A stretch of 46,598 nucleotides of DNA, taken from positions 1 to 46,598 of the forward strand of contig JBDGSE010000030.1 in NCBI GenBank assembly GCA_042217695.1. The letters run 5' to 3'. The position numbers and the translations under genes were made by a program. This stretch comes from Candidatus Nanohaloarchaea archaeon. Lineage in GTDB: Archaea; Nanohalarchaeota; Nanosalinia; Nanosalinales; Nanosalinaceae. Of this stretch, positions 44,882 to 46,598 are shown piece after piece; position 1 is the stretch's first letter, and every line of letters starts with the position of its first letter. The notes beneath the pieces are model-generated. The model saw only the letters and a program-made list of their open reading frames with translations. It was not told where the DNA came from and ran no database searches.

Positions 44882-46294
44882 TCAGAAATCAAGGTCTATA
44901 TCCTCCCTTTCCCTCACCTGTTTATTCACGAATCCGGGAACCTCTCCCTCCATCTCGGGCAGGGGCTCGTCGAGCAGCGCGTAAATCAGCGCGGCCACGT
45001 CGTATATCTCCATCTCCTCCTCTGTTCCCGTGATATCAGGTCCGGTCGCGAAGAACACGCCGTTCTCATCGTGCGTGAACGTCCCGGTGTTCGAGAACAG
45101 TTTTGACTCCGGGGCGGTCTCCACTATGTAGTCCTCCGTGGTGCGGAAAGCCAGCATCGAGTCTCTGCCGTAGAGTTCTTCGCCTCTCCAGACCTCTTTA
45201 ACCACTTTTTCACCGTTTCTCTCCAGCGAGCGCAGTTTTCCCTCCAGTTCCTCCAGTATCTCCCGTTCTTCATCTTCACCCACCGTTCCGTGCGGCATGT
45301 CTTCGGTGTGAACTTTCAGCACCGCGTCTCTTCCCAGGCCGAAGTGCTGCGGCAGTACACGGGAGGACTTCTCTATGGAGGAAAGCACGTCGTTCGGCCT
45401 GCCGGAGAGGTCCTTGCCAGTCTTCTGCCGGAGGAACTCGTGGGCGTACTTCAGGTATTTTTTCAGTGGTGTGTCCAGTAACGGTTCTGCGATCCTGTAA
45501 AGCAGGGATTCGTGGCCCGAGGTCTCCAGGTATCCCTCGTTCTCGAGGAGACGTGTGATGTTGAATTTCTTCTCGGCATGCAGGAAACCGTGATCCGATA
45601 CAACGAGAAGGTTTGCATCCTCTCTTTCTGCCCGGTCCAGGTATTTCTCTATCTCTCCATCGACCTTTTCGTAGGCGTCGAGCACCTGTTCCTCTTTCTC
45701 CGCGAAGTGCGACACCTGGTCTGTCATCCGTATCACGGACACGAAAACCTCGAAATCTTCCTCCAGGAACCTGTCCGCTATCCTTCTCTCCGTCTCGTAG
45801 TTCCGGTACTCGGCGTCTATCTTCGCCTTTGCCGTGGTGTATGAATGCGAGTTTTCACGTTCCAGTTCCCCGAATTCCTCCTCCAGGTCGGGATGAAAAC
45901 CGAAGTCGTCCGGCGACGGGAATCCTTCACGCATCCAGCCGTTGACCTCGTACGCTGGAGAAGTCCCGGGAACGTAATGGAGCCCTACCGAGGCGTCTAT
46001 CCGGTCCCAGAAGAACCTGCCCCGGAATTTTTCCGAACTTGGGAGTTCAAGCTCCCAGGAGTCGAAGTCGGCCTGTGAAAGATGGAACGCATCGAGCTCT
46101 CCCGGGTTCAACCCGGAGAACATCGACACCCACGCGGGTATCGTGACCGCGGGAACCGTGGAGGGCAACTCCGTGTAGAACGCCTTTTCTTCCAAACGTT
46201 CCCATCCCGGCACCTCCCGTTTTTCGACAGTCTTTTCCAGGTATTCCGGGTCAACGCCGTCGACACCCAGGATCAGGAGCTCCACGTCAATCAC
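44882..46294 (-). CDS. Alkaline phosphatase superfamily (type I phosphodiesterase/NPP)
   Basis: ILGVDG, STVPAVTIPAW, D..SH, VVSDHGF, TH...GVF. Confidence 0.9.
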   Translation of the reverse strand: MIDVELLILGVDGVDPEYLEKTVEKREVPGWERLEEKAFYTELPSTVPAVTIPAWVSMFSGLNPGELDAFHLSQADFDSWELELPSSEKFRGRFFWDRIDASVGLHYVPGTSPAYEVNGWMREGFPSPDDFGFHPDLEEEFGELERENSHSYTTAKAKIDAEYRNYETERRIADRFLEEDFEVFVSVIRMTDQVSHFAEKEEQVLDAYEKVDGEIEKYLDRAEREDANLLVVSDHGFLHAEKKFNITRLLENEGYLETSGHESLLYRIAEPLLDTPLKKYLKYAHEFLRQKTGKDLSGRPNDVLSSIEKSSRVLPQHFGLGRDAVLKVHTEDMPHGTVGEDEEREILEELEGKLRSLERNGEKVVKEVWRGEELYGRDSMLAFRTTEDYIVETAPESKLFSNTGTFTHDENGVFFATGPDITGTEEEMEIYDVAALIYALLDEPLPEMEGEVPGFVNKQVREREDIDLDF

Positions 46295-46598
46295 CGTAGT
46301 ATTCCAGGACGTACTTGCCGACGTCTTCCGGCTGGTCTATCTCGTAGTCGACGTTTTTCGTTATCAGCACGGCGTCCTCGTGGTGGTCTCCCTCCAGGGT
46401 TCCATGCGGCGTTTCCTCCGGTAAAGTCTGTACCCTGCCTTCGCCGAACTCCGCGAAACCGTGGTCGGAGAGAACGATCAGAGGCTCGTCGCTCGAGAAA
46501 TCGTAGTAATCCAGCAGTTCGCCGAGAACTTCGTCCATCTTCCTGTACCATTCAAGGATTAACTCGCGGTCGTTCCAGTAGAAGTGGGATACGCGGTC
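46287..46598 (-). CDS. 3' part of a second alkaline phosphatase superfamily protein (partial)
   Basis: VLSDHGF, GDHH; frame is open to the window edge. Confidence 0.85.
   Translation of the reverse strand, partial: DRVSHFYWNDRELILEWYRKMDEVLGELLDYYDFSSDEPLIVLSDHGFAEFGEGRVQTLPEETPHGTLEGDHHEDAVLITKNVDYEIDQPEDVGKYVLEYYGD

Overview
Gene-dense archaeal chromosome segment with acidic cytoplasmic proteins and mostly leaderless genes (TATA about 21-25 nt before the start codon). This is most consistent with a nanohaloarchaeon (DPANN); the taxonomy is inferred. It holds about 58 CDSs: RtcB/archease/Cmk, DUF763, MPG and OGG glycosylases, Dph2, uL16, a histone-fold protein missed by the ORF track, MBF1, NAC, a CdpB-like PRC barrel, a SAMP/ThiS, SecDF, and a large AglB/AglH glycosylation and nucleotide-sugar cluster. 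It also holds tRNA-Asp(GUC) and tRNA-Ser(GCU). No CRISPR array or transposase was seen. The standout is a bacterial-type prolyl-tRNA synthetase (19780-20994) with no proline in 404 aa; even family-conserved prolines are substituted. It sits behind a ~245-nt leader with coupled Pro-containing uORFs, a duplicated motif and mutually exclusive hairpins, downstream of tRNA-Ser and a thymidine-kinase remnant. This is a candidate proline-starvation rescue system. Other oddities include probable pseudoenzymes (PEP synthase-like, PAPS reductase-like), an RHH-nucleotidyltransferase fusion, a membrane-anchored ArsR with a palindromic operator candidate, a degenerate tRNA 3'-end copy and a probable ATC start codon.
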